From: Bugula neritina | Lineage: Eukaryota; Animalia; Bryozoa | Length of the DNA stretch: 64,000 nt | Direction of reading: 5' to 3' | NCBI GenBank assembly: GCA_964035545.1 | Contig: OZ037765.1 | Coordinates: 4,288,698-4,352,697, forward strand | Shown here: positions 38,445 to 51,468 of the stretch, piece by piece | How positions within the stretch are numbered: position 1 is the stretch's first letter | Layout of the letters: the number at the start of each line of letters is the position of its first letter | Program-made: the position numbers and the translations under genes | Notes under the pieces: generated by a model | What the model saw: the letters and a program-made list of their open reading frames with translations, nothing else | Databases searched by the model: none | Told to the model about the DNA's origin: nothing

Positions 38445-41400
38445 ATGTCAAAAGCAGCCAAGAGCAACTCTAAAGTACTCAGCACTTGGACTCCACTGAA
38501 TAATGAAGAAGCCAATAAGAAAGTCTATCTTGAAAGAAAAGAGTTGTTTTGTAAATGGGTAAGACAGCAATCATTTAATTCAATTTATGTTAAATAGCCA
38601 CATAAACTTAAAAATAACCATTTGTTGTTTTAGCCTTAAATTTTGGTGACTCATTTTGAATATAAAATTTATTTCTAAACACTTCTGTTCTGTAAATATG
38701 GTTTAAACTTAAAAGTTGATCATTTTATCTTAATAAAGACTTGGAGCTTGCATTTATGTAACTGTATTGATTCTGTTTTATCACATTCAGTTTGAGAAGT
38801 GGAGTGAACCTCAGCGAAAGAGAATCATAGCAGATGTGCTGCGGATGAGCAGCTTGTCCCAGCTTCACTATACTGATAAACTAATTACTGAAAAGTTACC
38901 AACCAAAGAGAGAGATTTCACAAGAGTTCTACCCAGAGTTCTGACACTTTATCTCTTTTCCTTCCTAGACCCTCGTACTCTTTGCAGGTGTTCACAGGTG
39001 TGTTTATTGTAGTTACTCCTCTTTGTTTTAGAATAACTTTGCGCTTTAATGGAGTTCGTAGACTAATCTTTCACATTAATCAACTCTGGCATCAATGTGT
39101 AAACTGTATTCTTGAAAATAGTTGATCAATCTTATGCAGCTTAGGCTGTTTAAACTACATTTGCTTTAAACAGTTATCATAATCTGATTTGTGTCACTCG
39201 CATTGGGTATATATAAGTTGCTGTAGTTTCATATTAAATTGCTTTTTTTTTGCTTAAATATTTTTTGTTGTCATGGTTTGAATAGGTTTGTTGGTACTGG
39301 AAATATTTGGCTGAATTAGATCAATTATGGATGTTGAAATGTTTGAGGCTGGGTTGGAACTTGCCCTTCTCTCCTGGTCCTTATGAACACGGGCTTTGGA
39401 AAAGAAATTATGTTGAGAATTTAAAGAGTCTTCAATACCTCAAAACGCAGGTAGGTGTATAAATGTTTTTATAGATTTATTTCTTGCAGTTTTATATAAC
39501 TAAGAGTTGTGCACCCTTGTTTGAGATATGCTAAACAGAGGAACAAAATCTCTAACATTTAATAATAATAAAAAATTACTGCATTCTAACATTGAAGCAG
39601 CCTAATTTCTCACCTTTCACTGTCATATCCTGATAAGGTGGCAGCCCAATAGCTTTTTAAAATATTTTATAGCATATCAAACTGCTTTGAAGGAAAAAAA
39701 GAAGAACATTAGCTATCATTTTGTTAGTATTATCTTAGTAATTTTATTTGAACACTACTTGGTTACGAAGTAGTGCTCAAGTCTTACCCTGCATATTATG
39801 CTTGTAAACACTGAAGCTAAGTTAGTGTACTGAGTTTTATACGATTTTAGTTACAGAAATAACTTAGAATAGAGCTTGGTAAAACCTATTGTATATAAGT
39901 TATAATAAATGTATGTCCTTAAATTTTACTTATTAAGTCACTATACTGTTTGTTGAAAATAAATTTTGAGTCATTTTGTTTCACATGCAGATGGATTTAA
40001 TGCCGAAACGTGTAGAGACACCCCCTCTCTCTGAAGGGGTTTCTGAAGTGAGAGAGAGCATATGTTATGTTTCTGTATTTCTCACACTTTGCACTATATT
40101 TCATTTACTTCATTCACCATTCATCACAATTTTCAGATCTAGTCTTCTGCAGTATCCTTGCATGCCTAAGTTATTTTATATATGTTTTTTATATATGGTC
40201 TTTTCAGCACTGAATTCTTAGCACAGCATTGCATCTACGCCTTATATCATTTTCAAGATTCTTATAACTAATTTTCACCTTTTTTCAGGCTCATTAGATT
40301 CTTGTAATTCCAGCTGTGATATGAAAAAAATATAATATAAAATAATTTAAATGTTATATATAAGAATAGGTATGGGGAGCAGCCGTAGTCTAGGGGTTAG
40401 AGCATTGGCTTAGTAAACCTCAGGTCATGGGTTCAATCCCCAGTAAAGACCATCTTTTATACAAGAATAGGTATCAAATACAAATAGCACACCAATATGA
40501 ATTTTAGAGTATTTACTACATTTCCTAGGTTAATTTCCTACCTGCATATACCATTCTCTTTATTTCTCACTATAGCATACGACACTCATTATAATTTAGA
40601 TTTATCTTCCCGATGACCATATGAGAAACTTAGCATTAGGTTCTGCCCGATCATATCGCTCTATGTTGAGTCAGCACTCAAGGCAAGGATATTCTTCTAA
40701 TTCTAAAAAGCCAAGTGGTCCTGTAAAACCAGCATGGCGGGGTAGTGATCCCACCCCTAAGGACACTTGGAGATACAACTACCTCAACAACGATGACGAT
40801 GTAGAGATTGTTAAAGCTCTGTAAGTTGTAAGAATTTTTAGTTTGGTCCTGTTAGATTTCTGCATTTCTGTATTTCGTAGTTAGTACACGACACTGTATA
40901 GATTTCAAGCCTGTTTGCTGTGACTATATTGGTAGTTGTCTACCCACTATGGGTAAGTTGTCAAATAATATATAGTTGAAAAGCAATTGAACAAAACTAT
41001 GAATAATATCTTAGTTTATGTTAATGGATGCTGAGAGCAATACTAAAAATTGTAGCGTGTCTTCTACCACCTGCCACTTGTTATGGCTCAGATTCCTGAA
41101 ATATTTTCAAATTGATTTTCTTTTCTTTTCATAACTCTATGACTTGGAATTTGATTTTCATGATTGTCAGATCTGGTGAAACCTACTTTCTAAAACAATT
41201 CAGAACAGTTTATTGTATATAATTATTTTAAAACTGATGTTTCACATCTACGATTATTTGCTCAAGTATCAACTCTTGTTTACAAGTATTATGTGATTAA
41301 AATGACAAAGTTGAGGGAGTTGTGAGCACCTGCTAGCAATTGCAGTTTTTCAGTTATGTTTTCAAATTGCTAATTTCAGACGACTCATAATAAATGCCAT

Positions 41401-42525
41401 GTCTGATAATTAAAAGTGAAAATTAGTAAAGAATTAGTCGTACTCTGCATAGTTGTAACCTAATTTTCAAACCAGCTCAGTGATTAAGCTGGGTGCTGCA
41501 TCAGCTAAGAAAAGATTTTTGAGCATAGAACTCTCAAACAATCTGAAGATGATAGTTGAGATGTTTATGAGTATTTTGATACCATGGTCTAGGGGTTAGC
41601 AAACTCGAGGTCATGGGCTCGACTCTCAGCAAAAGCCATTGGTGATGTTAGGAAAAGTATTCAGTCATAATTGCTCCGATGTGACATAGGTGAATAAGGC
41701 CTTAGCCCGCTTTAAAAACATCCTTTTTATCAGGGGTTTCTCACAGGGATGGTGACTATAAACTTGTATGAGTTTTTTATAAATAAATTATGTTATCTCC
41801 CCTTGTTTTAGCCGAGCTCATGGTTTGTCGGGGCCAAAGTCAGCTAGCATTGCTGCCAAAGCTAAAAGCAAGACAAAGTCTGGTCAGCATAGTTTGAATA
41901 CTCGATCTAGATCTTTGAATGTAAGTAAATAATGTATGCAGATTTAAGTTATCTTCTTAGATTCAAATTCTCTCCACAGTTATGCCTCTAGGGTGTAGGT
42001 AACACAGAGGTTGGGTATAGTCTATCACAATATACTTTCGTAGAAGAAATTAATTTAATTGCCTAGTAAAGTGTAAAGATTTTCTGCTGTGATGTAAAGT
42101 GTTGGCGGACATGCAATTACGCCTCTCTTTTATTTTTTTACTAGTAGTTTGGGGACGAAAACTGATATAATTGTTGATTTTGTAGCAAAAACTGCTCTAA
42201 TCAAGCAAATGAATGAGAACTCTATTGTTATTCATCTTTTAGTATTTTATATTAATTATGCAAATTTTGTTATTTTATATTTTTTTTATAAGACTTGAAG
42301 CAGTAATGAAGAGCGATTTCTTAATGTAGTTTTCAAGCTATGTGGTCATCAAATAGCTGAAATACAAACTTTTTGCTGTTAATGGCGGCCATATTGAATA
42401 TCTAATTTCCTGTCTGCAGTTTGATTCAGAGACTATTCCTGGTACAGCTCGGTCTACCACTTCCCAGGTTTGTCAACCACTCAGTGTGGCTATCACTGGT
42501 TTGTGTTGTGTGCTAAATATAGAAT

Positions 42526-42570
<45 letters not shown>

Positions 42571-42580
42571 CATATATAAC

Positions 42581-42679
<99 letters not shown>

Positions 42680-44843
42680 TATATCAGCAGTGCCAGCTAG
42701 TTTGATTTAGTTGTAGGTCATGTTTACCTAATGCTATGCAGTATGGTGATAGTATCACTTATGCTACTAGTTGGCATAGTAATGCACTGACGTAGGTGGA
42801 AGTCCATATGTAGATTTTGGCATAAGTACAGCTAGTTACTGTTGCACTTGCTTTTTCTATCTTCCTATCATTTAAGCATTAGTTAGGAGTAGATTACGAC
42901 TAGCAAAGATCAACTAGTAGGTCGATATAGCTAAAAGGTTAAATTGATTCTACTGAACATGTAATGAACATGTTTCTGTAAAATAATTTAATTTTTGCAA
43001 GTATTTTTATGCAACAAAACGGTTAAAAAAATATTCAAAACTGTGCCGGCATGTATGTATTTTTGATGGTCTTTTTTAAAGTTGAAAATAATTTCAAATT
43101 GTAGATAACGCCCATCTCTATAGCAGCTGAGGTGAATTCATTGTTGAGACTGAATTATATAAATTGCCAAATATTTTTTACATTTTATCAATTCTATATT
43201 ATTTTAAAAGCTCCAGAGTGTTTGCTTGCTAACAATACACTATAGCTTTTACTCCAATCTTCAACATTTTTATCATTTTGTCTGGTGAACTATCAATGAG
43301 CTTCTTGTAAAGTATGCATGCAAACATTTATAATTTATACTCTATAGAGAATTGAGAAAGCATCTGACTTTATTATTGTGATGGTTTGTCAATCTATAGT
43401 TGTGACTTACAATACCCATAGCAAGTGTAGGTTACTCCAAGTGTATATTTTGAAATGATGGAGGAAAGATTGGTCAATATATAGGAGGCTCTATCTAATG
43501 CACAGATCCAAGTTTTTTCCTAGCTATTGTGTTCTTGTAGTTTTCTTGCCCATGAAAGATGAAAAACCAATTGAATAATGTTGCCTTCCTAAGTCTATAC
43601 ATTTTTCAAAACTTCAATAATAAAATAGCTAGGAGAAAGTGTTAGATACAACACAGGATAAAAGCGTAAAAAGCTATAGCATGAATTCATTATTGTGGTT
43701 TGAGCTCGGGACAAGCTACTCATGCTACAAAATTCTACGGAGTGACTGCTTTTGCCACCCAACAGAAAGTTAGCTGTCATGTATAGCTAGTAATATCTGG
43801 CTACAATAATTATGTAATGTTTTTCTTTTCAATATTTATGTCAGTTTTGCAAGAAACGTTAATTATTCTATAAGTCTTCTTGTAGCTTTACATGTGCAAG
43901 AGCTTTTCTAGTGCTAGACTGACATTATGTAAAACAAAGTTTCGTAATTATAGCTAGACACTGGAACTCTTATTAATAATATTGGATGAACCATCATATG
44001 TTTAATAATGGGTTTGGAGGGAGATATCCCCACTAACATCCTCACAATAGAGAATTTGCTATAATAAAGAGGTTTTGGTATATAATCTATTGAATTACAC
44101 TGCATGATACTCCATACTGATACTCTATTGCTTCACATTCCCCCATGCCTTCGTACCTGGCATTTAGCCAACTTTATTCTCTGTTTTAGAAATTAAACAG
44201 TGAGGAGTCTATAGAGGATAAGATCTATGGAGGCCGTCCTGATTGGGCTAAACCCTCTAGCAATGGCCTCTCTGACCAAAAGAGTGGCGTGAAGCAGGGT
44301 TGTGGGGACAACTCTCAAAAGACTGGCAAATATTTCCTCACTAAAGTGGAGGCCCCTGATAACAGCCGTACTCCGGGTATGAATAGTAATTACTATGTGT
44401 CATAACATGAATATTCCTTACTGTAAGAAAGTAGCTATAAGCAGTCCCAAATTGGGGGTCACTGAATGCAGCAGCAGGTTCATGTGACCCCCAACTCCAG
44501 GGCTGCTTGTACCAAATTTTTAACTGCACCCTTTTGGTTTTGGCTGGTAATTAGCAAAAGATGTCATAATAAGATATTTGTTTATACTGTAAGCTCCTCT
44601 CACTTATAGGAGCTATATAAATATCTCGTTTTATATGATAAACCATTCAGCCTATAAATGGAGACTCCCTGCATAGTGTATTCTATATATGCCCTTCATA
44701 AAATAGGTAATTTATATAACTTAGTAGTGTCTTCATAATGACTATACATCAGCTATTTAATCTCATGTGTTGTAGTCTCAGGAGCTTTTGAAGTGTTCAC
44801 ACAGAAGCCATGGAAGATTCCAGAACAAGTGGACAGTGATTAG
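38445..44843 (+). CDS. FBXO16: F-box only protein 16, ~391 aa, 9 coding exons
   Basis: Exons 38445-38558, 38791-38997, 39286-39450, 39991-40047, 40600-40820, 41812-41920, 42420-42467, 44190-44376, 44776-44843. [61 protein letters not shown] match FBXO16; exons 6-9 rest on splice sites and phase only. Confidence 0.88.
40374..40462 (+). mobile_element. tRNA(Thr-AGT-like)-derived SINE head, 3'-truncated, with 12-bp TSD
   Basis: A box TAGTCTAGGGG, B box GGTTCAATCCC; flanked by AAGAATAGGTAT (40362-40373, 40463-40474). Confidence 0.75.
41581..41787 (+). mobile_element. tRNA-derived SINE copy
   Basis: Shares head, core (GGTGATGTTAGGAA..CAGTCATAATTGCTCC) and tail (CAGGGATGGTGACTATAAACT..TGAGTTT) with the other copies. 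Confidence 0.75.
42532..42683. repeat. (AT)n microsatellite
   Basis: Direct inspection. Confidence 0.95.
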
Positions 44844-45304
44844 TCTGCTGTGTATTTAGACTTCATCTTCTTATGTGTCTTTACTTTACTCAGTAGTCTG
44901 GATCACAGGCTAATATCCAGCTGGACACTTCAGCTAAGAAATGAATAACTTGAGAGAAGTGACAATTATTTGAATTTTTTATTTATTTCTAAACCTGGCA
45001 GATTTTAGTACATTTTTTAAAAAACTTATTTATGATTTTATTTATTTATTATATTAAATGAGTTATGTAGTGCGCTGCATGTGTATTACACTCTATCCTT
45101 TTGATATTAACTTCTGTAATTTACAATCAATTCTGCTTCATCTCATTGAATTGTTAAATTATATGATTTGTGTTTATTTCAATAAGTTTGAGACATTTTT
45201 GGTTTCATTATTTAGTAATAATTCAATTGATATAAGCAAGTGTTTCAACTGGCAAGGATTTAGTAGGCCTACACTTTATCTTACTATATATGAGTTGTTT
45301 AACA

Positions 45305-45463
45305 GGGAGCAGCCATGATCGAGGGGTTAGATCGTTTGCCTAGTAAACACAAGGTGATCTTAGGAAGAGCATCCAGTCACAATTGCTCTTGTGTCTTATT
45401 TAAATAAAACCCTTTCCATCAGGGATTTCTCCCAGGGATAGCTACTATAAACTTGCGTGAGTT
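45305..45463 (+). mobile_element. tRNA-derived SINE copy (internally deleted)
   Basis: GGGAGCAGCCATG..GGGGTTAG head, core and tail; flanked by near-identical TATATGAGTTGT.TAAC duplication. Confidence 0.75.
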
Positions 45464-46068
45464 TATATGAGTTGTATAACGTGAGCTCTAACTTCTTTTT
45501 AGAATAACCAAGTATAAAAGTTTTCCGAGTTACTTTAGCATAAAATAAAGTAGTACTAAGTCTATTGGTTGATCCACTTTTAACTGGTTTTAAGCAAACT
45601 ATAAGCAGAATTTTCTGTGAGTTTATGCATGCTTATGCATCTATAAGCATATGCCTATGTATCTATAAGCATATGCGTCTACAAATGTGTGCTTTTTAAT
45701 ATAATATGCAAATAGGTAAATCTGGATTTTATTAGCATACATTATAGGTGCATGTTGTATACTTCAACTGCCAGGCATACTGTTGTCAGCTCAAAGTATA
45801 TTTATAAGCTTTAGTATTGTCATGCCACAATCAGTATATTCAGTGCTTCTGAAAAAAGAGATAATGCAAGTAATATAAAAAAAATTTTTCAATGCACTAT
45901 GTGGCATATATTTGTAGAGAAGTAAATTGAAATCGTAATTATAATAATATATTCTAGCAGTATAACTAACAATTTATATCGTATTCAAAGCGCTAACAAA
46001 AGAACAAGTTTATTCAATGCTTTACTATGAACATAAAGACAAGTGGCCCTATTCTTTATGGCCTAGAT

Positions 46069-47783
46069 CAGGGCTGTCCAAAAGGCGGCCCGGGGGCCGG
46101 ATCCGGCCCTCCAGCTATATTTGTGTGGCCCCCCAAGGTATAGCAAGTTACAATTTTTTTGTTTAAATCAAATTTGCTAACTAGCCTGAAACAGCAGCAC
46201 AATTTCTATTAAAATGTAGTTTAATTTCTTGTACAATATTGTTCTGTGGGTGGCATGCGTGTTACCTACTTATTATTGTTTAGCCTGAGATCAAACTACA
46301 ACCAATAACAGCAAGCTAGTCATTATAGCCTGTTAGCTAGCAAGCTTGTGACTTACAATATGTAGACCCCTATATTATATGCTCATCTCTACGCGTTTAC
46401 TGAAGCGTGAAGTGATGCACAGTGCTTACTACTTAAAAAGAAATATACCATTTCCAGTATATAAATCCATAATTTACATAAAATCTAAGTCATTGCTTTT
46501 TTATTCAGATATCATGCTTTCTTGCTAAGTTATTTTACTGGTACTAAACAATCAACTTTTCAGGCAAAATTAGCCGAAATGTGCAGTTTTTTGTCTACAA
46601 CTTTGCAAAAGAATGAAAAAATTCCAAAAAAGTTGCACTGGAAAAAAAATAAGATTCACACCATAGTTTTTAAATTTTGATTCTAGTAGCATACAATAAA
46701 ATGAGATTTTTTTTACTGGTACTAAATTTTTACACAGTTACAATGCAAACCTGAGCAAGGCAGTTGCAGCTAAAAAGTTGCCCTTAGCTATCTTGTGCAG
46801 ACAGATATTTCAAAGACATTTAATCAGGACTGGCCATATATAGAGACAAGACTTTTTTGTAAGTATAACTGAGATCTCACTTTTATTGACTGTATTGTGA
46901 AAGATAAGTAGTTGAAGAATCTCTGGCACACTTCACTTATGCAGTACTAAAATATTCTTATGTATGTTAGTTTTCATTTACATACTGTTTTAAGGTTAGG
47001 TGCCTAAACAATTTTGTTTTATAATGAATTTTGTACCTACGAGTATGTACTGAAATGATTTGAGATTTCTGATCCCTTGACCTTTGACATTTGACCTTTG
47101 ACTGTTAGGTACTATAAAACTTATACTATTTATAGCTAACTTTCATAGCATACTATTGTTAGATGCTGCACTGCACAGCACTATCACTGAGATGGCTTGA
47201 AGGTTTGAACTTTCAATTTTTAGTCAAATGAAATACACAAAAATAAATATCACACTTCACTCACTAGTCAGCACTTAGTCCAGCAACTAAGGGTTATATG
47301 TTCTGATACGAAACCAGATATTAACAGAATTGTTCAAGGCAAACAATACTCACTGTGTACTCACAAGTGTCTCACTGATTGTTGTAAAATATAACTATAC
47401 CGCTATGAGTACAGACTCTTAGCACTGGCATATCTTGTTTAAATTTTGCATGAATATCATGAATATTTACTTTGTATGTATATATGTATAATTTGGGTTT
47501 GGTTACAATTTTGTATTTATGTTTCTTGTTTACCTATTTTAATTAAATGCGTATACACACACATACACACACATACACACACACATAAATATCGATTTAA
47601 ATGTGTTATGATTTTAATAAAAATGCAAAGCCTAGCCATTGCTTATAATTACAATACATATAGCCTGCAGATGCTCAATGAATCTTGAAAATTGATTTTT
47701 AAAAACAGAAAAAATGTTGTGGCCCTCGGCTCAAGCTGAAACTTGCAGAGTGGCCCTCGGTCTGAAAAGGTTGGACACCCCTG
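46069..47783. mobile_element. Non-autonomous hAT (Charlie/Buster-type) DNA transposon, 1715 bp
   Basis: TIRs CAGGGCTGTCCAA / TTGGACACCCCTG, subterminal GGCCC motifs, perfect 8-bp TSD GCCTAGAT (46061-46068, 47784-47791); no transposase ORF. Confidence 0.9.
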
Positions 47784-48049
47784 GCCTAGATAGTGACAAT
47801 GCTAGGCTTTGATAGAAATATGAGAAATAAAAAGTGTGTTTGCTTTACTTAGAGCTTTCAACAGTTCACAGCACTTAACAGAATGACTGCACTCTATGAG
47901 AATCACATTTTAACTGATAACTATAATATTTATAGCATATATATAACTATAATATAGGCTTATATTTACCCCTTGATTATAATTAGACAAAAGTGTGTAT
48001 TTTAGTTATAAGCATCTAGCTAATTATAGTCGGTAATGTATAAAAACTG

Positions 48050-50343
48050 TCACAATCCTCCTCTTTCCCCAAGCAACTGTTGTGTTCTCCTGTGAAGCTT
48101 TTTAGCTTCTCTCTCGCCTCTTCTAAACTGCTCATTGGCTTTCTTTAACAAGCCCCGCCTCTCTTCATTCTGATCTGTAGATCTCGGGACATACACTTCG
48201 GCAACAAACTTCCATATTTGTGACTTTTCATCTTTAAAAGAAGTTATACATTTATTGGTGAAGTTGTTTTAATGGCAATAATCGGCTTTGCTAAAAATGT
48301 ATGTATATATAGGTCATGTTTTCATCATTATAAATTATGGTGTATAGATATATACCTGATTCATTGCCTCTGTAAACCTTCATTATTTCTGGTTCATACT
48401 CTTCATAGTACTTCATTGCCCATTGATCTAAATAGATTTTGCCCGCAATATTTGCACCGAACTCCGATCGACTATGTGTACTCCTCATATCTGGCTGACC
48501 AAATTCTAAACCTTTGCCAAGCAGTTCCCAGCGCTTCCTGAAATCATTTTCTTGGCAAGCAAGATGCAAATAACAGCGTGCAATACGGCTGTAAAAGTTG
48601 GTACTGAGATTTTCCCACTCATGCTTTCTTTCTAACAGCTTCTGAATGCAGAGCTCCATGTCTGGCCAACTATCCAAGTTTGCAGAAGCCAGAAATTCAG
48701 ATGAACCACCGAACTCATTTGCCTGAAGCATCTCAGCACAAAGATTGCTCAGCTGTATATCAGCTAGAAATGACCATACAGTTAATTTTTCATGCTGATT
48801 AGGTGAATTGAATAAAACATTCAACTCTCTAACGAACTTTTGTAAAATGCTGCTTAGATATTCGACTCCTCTGATTTTTTTTGCTCTTCTCACGAGAACC
48901 TTTAAATATAAATGGTGGTGATCAGTATTTGGATTTCCGATCTCATTTGCCAATGTTTCTTCAAACACTTGCAGACCTTTCTCTTGACACTCAGGAGTTC
49001 TGATGTACTCAAACAACCAATAAGCATACTGGATGGCTGCATCTTGCATTGGCTTCTTCTGCTCCATCAGCTTTTCCATTTTTTCCTTTGCCTCCTCAGC
49101 TTGAGCTTGTTCCAGCTTTATTGAATGAAAGAGACCTTTGTTACACCAGGCCTGTATATTAGTTGGGTCTTTCTTTAAAGCAAGCTCAAAGAACTGTTTA
49201 GCTTCCTCTACATTTCTGTTGAGTAACAACACCTTAGCAGCACTGTAGTTGGCTTCGTCCACCCACATCTTTTCATCAAAAGGTAAAACTTGTAACTTTT
49301 CTGCAGTGGCAAGAGAAACTCTTCTGCTAACTAAACTGTATTTCCAGCCTCTGAAATAGTCTAAAAAATAAAGTCAGAGGACATAAACATTTGTTTTAGC
49401 TCTTTGTGTGAATAAGGAACTTGCCTACCTAATGAAGGTGTATAAGTTGGGCTCCATGAATAAGGTTACATAAGCATTATATAATACATAATTTATTAAC
49501 TTCAAGGCTAAAATGCTGTCTAGAAAAACAATGGTTTATCTGACAAGTTTTAAAGGCAAAATGTAGAAAAAAATAGACTATTTGTATCTATTGATATGGT
49601 TTACCTAAAAATGTGAGCCTGAGGAATTATAGTAGAATTCTGTAAGGTTGAAATGCTCTATTTTAAACATTATTTGGCTATTTAATAAGCATCAATTATA
49701 CTATAATAATAAAGTCCTACATACATAATGTTTATACAACTTCCTTGGTTATCATTACAACTCCTATCCCCTTACAGGGTCCTCCCAATAATCACTTATC
49801 TTATGAATTCTAATTCTTGAAGTTTGAACTATATACTACTTTACAATTATTATATACCCATTGACACTTCAATGATCATATTATCTCTTACTAATGCTTG
49901 AGGTATGAAATAGTGTAAAATTATCCACGGATATGGATATGTGTATACATTATCTTTTATGGCAATCACTGCTTTAACCATTTCTTAGCATTATATTCGA
50001 ATGATGCCCCTAAGATGAATTTATGGTTGTGGTTAATTCCAAGCAACTGTTTTCAAAAATTGAATGAATATTTCATTCAAATAATTAGAAGCTTGAGGTT
50101 TAACTGGATATTAACTGAAATAGTGTTTTATATAAGAGTGAAGGTGGGGAAGGTGGTATTGGTTAATAAGTGATCAAGAAATGAATAGAATAGTATACAG
50201 TTTAATTACACTATTTAGAGTTTCAAGCATTTGCACTCACCAGGTACAACATTTAAGTACTGTATATAATGAGTGTATATCACCATATCTCCTCTGTAAG
50301 TATATGCAAACTTACCTCCCAAAGGCCTTCTATTGGCTGCCAT
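48050..50343 (-). CDS. TPR protein of TTC22/IFIT-like type, ~404 aa, 3 coding exons
   Basis: Exons 50343-50316, 49360-48356, 48231-48050 (phase 1,1). TPR EEAKQFFELALKKDPTNIQAWCNKG..AEEAKEKMEKLM resembles the TTC22/IFIT N-terminal TPRs. Confidence 0.75.
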
Positions 50344-50859
50344 TTCTAAATGAATATGTGTGTGTGTGATGGTTATGTTTTGCCAGTATGCTTTCTTAGC
50401 TAGTTATGCTGACTTTGTATTATAAGGTCAAGTTTGGTACAGGTTGTTTTTCTTACTGCTGTCAATATAATAGATGAACACCAGCATTAAGATACATTTA
50501 TGCAGGATACCCATTGCGTAACATAGCATCTGATTGGAAGACATACAAAGGTTTCATTGGTAGATTTTTCAAGCAGGGGAAGTCCCCTGTATCAGCGTCA
50601 CCCTTTGCCCTGTATAAGTGCAGTTAATGAGATGTTTTAATCAATAACCTGCCATCACTTCTAAAAAACCATCTCTTTGAATCTTAGATGCCGATAATGA
50701 CACTGTGCTTTGGTACAGGTTTTTGCAAACTTATAACTTGTAACCTCCAAAATCACAATAGGTTGTTACGTTCTTCTTTTATTTTCTATTTTAAAATGTT
50801 GCAAGCTCTAAATACTATACTTTACACAACAGTACACTAAGCTACATCGCACTGAACTG

Positions 50860-51140
50860 CACGACATTACACTACACTACAGTACACTGTATTACAGTAC
50901 ACTGTATTACAGTACACTACACTGCACTACACTACTCTACAATGCATTATACTACATTACAGTACACTATACTACACTACAGTGCACTTCATTACACTAC
51001 ACTACACTACAGTACACTACACTACACTGCAGTACTCTACGCTACACTACACTACACTACAGTACACTACACTACACTGCAGTACTCTACGCTACACCGC
51101 GCTACAGTACACTATACTATATTATACTATACTATACTAT
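50860..51140. repeat. (CTACA/GTACA)n pentanucleotide repeat
   Basis: Direct inspection. Confidence 0.9.
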
Positions 51141-51284
51141 GTACATGCATGCATCATTACATTAATTATTATATAGCCTAAACTTGTTGTGTCGTAACGG
51201 TTAAAAGCATGTTTTAAAATAATACAACTTTGTTTTGTGTATATCTTTTACTTAACACTACTGACTGGTATGTGTATTTGTATT

Positions 51285-51468
51285 TGAGTTTATAGTGTCA
51301 CTATCCTTGTGGGAACCCCTGATGGGAAATATTTTTTCTAATGTGGCACAAGGCAGGAATTATGATTAGAAGCTCTTCCTAACTTCACAGCCAGTATCTA
51401 AACTCAAACCATGCTGCCTTCGTGTCTACTAGGCCAGCGCTCTAACTCCTACCCAATGGCTGCTCCCT
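51285..51468 (-). mobile_element. tRNA-derived SINE copy
   Basis: Reverse complement of the same head/core/tail (ends ...GGCTGCTCCCT on +). Confidence 0.7.

Noticed and set aside
40374-40452. Functional tRNA-Thr gene
   Set aside because: Acceptor and anticodon stems do not pair; TSD-flanked and matches SINE heads elsewhere in the window.
42470-42710. (YI)n ORFs; also ORFs at 50942-51181 and 53060-53592
   Set aside because: Microsatellite or low-complexity translations.
47078-47102. TGACCT/TGACAT direct repeats (nuclear-receptor DR1-like) in the hAT element
   Set aside because: Short 7-bp tandem repeat; no evidence of function from sequence alone.
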